From contig NMRA01000143.1 in NCBI GenBank assembly GCA_002633005.1, positions 191,402 to 255,401 on the forward strand: 64,000 bases of DNA. The letters run 5' to 3'. The notes beneath the pieces are model-generated. The model saw only the letters and a list, made by a program, of their open reading frames with translations, had not been told where the DNA came from and ran no database searches. Shown piece after piece: positions 61,001 to 64,000 of the stretch (its first letter is position 1; the number at the start of each line of letters is the position of its first letter). Origin of the DNA: Phoronis australis (Eukaryota > Animalia > Phoronida). Made by a program: the position numbers and the translations under genes.

Positions 61001-63489
61001 GTTGATGATCAGACGTAATTTACTCTACCTCAGAAAAGTGTGATTAAAGTTGTCACCGTGGCTCACAAAGTGAAATTTTTACCTATTTATGTGTCAAACA
61101 CACACCATCGTATTGTACTTAGTGAAGAGTGTTCGTTTCTTAACAGTTTCATACAATGACAAACGGTGACAATTCTGGCTGTGAGTTTCACAAAAAATCG
61201 ACACATGATCACAGTTGTCATCTTTTCAACCATTCAAAAGCCCCAGGCGACCACGATCCAACATGTGTGCACTACTGAAGCTGGATGGATTTAGTGCAAT
61301 AAGCCGTACGCTGGAGTCATTGTTAAAATCGCTTATAATAATCAAATGTCATTCAAGCTGAAATTTAATTTGAGTTAGTGAAATTGTAATTTGCTTGGCC
61401 AGCCATTGGTTGTAATTGTAGTTTTACCCATTTTAATCAGATTGTATCGGCCGTGTGCCAGTTCGAGACGATCAAAGAAGCAGTGGACACGACCGTACAA
61501 GTGTTACAGGCGGGAATTCCTATTGCAAGAATAGGTACGAAATTGGCGTCCATTCCGTTGATTTTGAATCAGAAATATGCGGTATGTGGTAAAAATGCTC
61601 ATCATTGGCCATGAGTGCATCACGCATACGTGCTCGTTCTTCGAAAAACGTTGAAACACCAGAAGATGACTGGAGAAATGACTGACCGAAACGTCGTGTC
61701 CGTGTAAATAGGCTTGGTATGCATGTATAGAGGTTGTTGTGAACAGACCAATAGATTTTACATAGGCGGATTTAGGGGGGCCCAGGGCTGCCGCAAGCAA
61801 AATGAAACAGTAAGAGAGTAGATCGTGAAGCGTGAGGAAATATTGANCTTAAAAGTAGTTTTGTGTTCCGACAGTGAAGCTGCACGCGCTGTCAGAGGTA
61901 CGAAATTCATCAGTTATAATTGATGATAAAGATGAACAAGTTGAAGACGGGGCTTCACCCAGGGTATTGTAAATTAGTCGAACGAAACTTGAAGTATTAA
62001 ACCGCCTTAATACCATACATATTTATCTGCTGAAAGCGAAATCAGAACAAAACAAATCAACACTGGCAACTGAAATACATTCATGTCCCAACAGGAAATT
62101 CGTCAGCCAGTCGGGCTCACGGGAACCAATGGGAAGCCGTGATTTCGGGCTCAGGGGAACCAATGGATAGCGGTGATCTCCTGTGCAGTTTGCTACAGCT
62201 TTGTACAAATTATTGGATCGCAAAAACATATTTTCAGAGTTACTAGACGAAGACATCGTGCGCTGCGTCAACAAGTATAGTAAAACAAATTACACAGAGT
62301 CAACTTCACTTTTTCTGGAGTTCCATGGTAGCCACCAGGAAGCGGAAATGCAGGCGCGTGCAGTTGGTAAGTGGGTTGCAAAGCCGGTGGTCATGTGCGA
62401 CTGTGAACGCTGTTCTTAGAATTTTCTTCAGTGTGCGTTGCATTCACATGTAATTAAAGTCCATGCACAAACGTTTGGTTTTTAGTTTTAGTTATTGATG
62501 TTCGTTGGTCTGCGTTCCATGTACCCAAGAAACTCCCAAAGCACTTGAGGCGAGAATCTTCGCTTATGGAACGGAAACAGTGAATTCTATCCCATAATTT
62601 AATATTCAACCTCACCAACCAATCATTTCATGTTCATTGGCCGCTATTTTGCTAGGCATACTCGCTAAACGCCTTTCACTCGCCCGTTTTTTTCGTAGTC
62701 CTCTGGGATCTAGCTTTATAGCACGATTCCTGCGTTTAGGGTACGCACCTGCATTATATTGTCAGCCATTTTACAATTACATGATTTTAGAACACTAGCA
62801 CTGATGATAGTTAGCGAAGTGAAGGTTACTTAAACTCGAGGCTGAACGTAACATCAATGTAAACGGGCAGAGAAAACTGGCATTTGAAAATTTCAGAAGA
62901 TCAAGCATTGATCATCGCCATTTTGTATACTCAACGCAAGTGGAAGTAATCTATTATTGTATATTGTATTTGTATCGACGACTAGTAGACGTATAATTTT
63001 ATCGTAACAGAAGAGCTAGCGAAGTACAACAATGGCTCCGACTTTCAATGGTCCTCAGACAGCCAAGAACGAAACAAACTTTGGAAGGCTAGACATAACA
63101 CATTATACGCCATTAAAGCAACCCGGCCTAATACAATGGTAGGTTCAACTGGTGTTTGCACATGTTTTATTGGTGAACTTTGTATTATCGTAAACTCTAC
63201 TAACTACTCAAATTTGTTGAATGATCCGAGCCCTAACGAGATGGTTTTTTTTTCATTTTTGACGTATTTTTGGTATCTTTACGGTTTTACTCAGCGACAT
63301 TTCAATGATTCCTTTCTTCGGATAATTTTTAAATTCTTTTTAGTTTTTAAAATGCGTAGAAGTGGGAAGATTTTCATAAGAAGTCTCTCAATTTTTAGGT
63401 AATATCAACGGACGTGTGTGTCCCGATTTCGTTGTTACCGGAATGCATAATGGAAACTAAAGAGGATATTTCAGGATATGGATATCCAG
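55004..63489 (+). CDS. LDHD: Probable D-lactate dehydrogenase, mitochondrial (FAD-linked oxidase); first exon not located, 3' exons beyond the right edge
   Basis: Exons: 55004-55119 (...[12 protein letters not shown]), 55475-55616 ([15 protein letters not shown]...[13 protein letters not shown]), 59320-59461 ([25 protein letters not shown]), 60309-60468 ([41 protein letters not shown]), 60809-60914 ([23 protein letters not shown]), 61441-61534 (AGIPIARI), 62238-62366 (LFLEFHGS), 63011-63138 ([10 protein letters not shown]), 63399-63489 (STDVCVPIS). All phases compatible. Confidence 0.95.
55718..58654. mobile_element. ~2.9-kb non-autonomous DNA transposon in an LDHD intron
   Basis: Left CTGTGCACCGTACCAAATTGTCACAAC; right end reverse complement CTGTGCAGGCCTAAATTGTCACACCGTCCCAAATTGTCACACCGTCCCAAATTGTCACAAC; multiple subterminal AAATTGTCACA repeats at both ends; no transposase ORF. 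Confidence 0.75.
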
Positions 63490-64000
63490 GTAATATATGT
63501 TTAGACATCGAGGTAATTGTTTCGACACAGTCCTGATTACACGAAGTATCTCTGATATAGGTTGGTCTATGTGTGTTTGCTCATAGTGAAAAACGTGTTC
63601 ATGAATCATATTTTTTTTCGGAACGCAAGAATTTTTTTCTTTAACAATCTAACTACCGTTCAAATGAACACGCAGCGGGCTCGTTTTATGTACTTCAAAA
63701 CTGACATTTTCTATGAAAATACAGGACTGTAATTAAGTAATATTCCTAATTTTTAATGATATCTTCAAGTCGTGAGGCGTACTGGCACTAGAGGGGAAAA
63801 TACAGGGAAAGTGTCTCCATGTTGTTTATTTTGACTTTTTGATGTTCTCATTTTTGAACATTTTATACATTGTATTTACTAACATTTAATTTGATCACTA
63901 CACGAGGCCTTTGCTGTCGTCACGGCTATCACCCCCGTCGTCTTCAGACGTCGTATTAGTGATTGAGGATGTTCTCTGATATCAGTATCATTGGTTATTG

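Overview
AT-rich, intron-rich animal genomic DNA from a draft assembly with three N-gaps and several single-N joins. The exon structures suggest an invertebrate deuterostome (inference). I reconstructed five spliced protein-coding genes by hand, checking splice sites and phases: DNAAF4/DYX1C1 (minus, runs off the left edge), STOML2 (plus, middle exons missing, probably in a gap), NSA2 (minus, 260 aa), a MYEF2/hnRNP-M orthologue (plus, 596 aa) and LDHD (plus, first exon not located, runs off the right edge). DNAAF4/STOML2 and NSA2/MYEF2 are tight head-to-head pairs. Introns hold many minisatellites and non-autonomous DNA transposons. I see no prokaryotic-type system or novel protein family. The most unusual signals concern splicing and regulation: two U12-type introns, two GC-AG introns and a candidate 9-nt microexon; a 15-bp repeat that multiplies an in-frame splice donor; forkhead-motif minisatellites inside a motile-cilia gene; and a ~490-bp palindrome centred on a candidate ATG-only first exon of NSA2.
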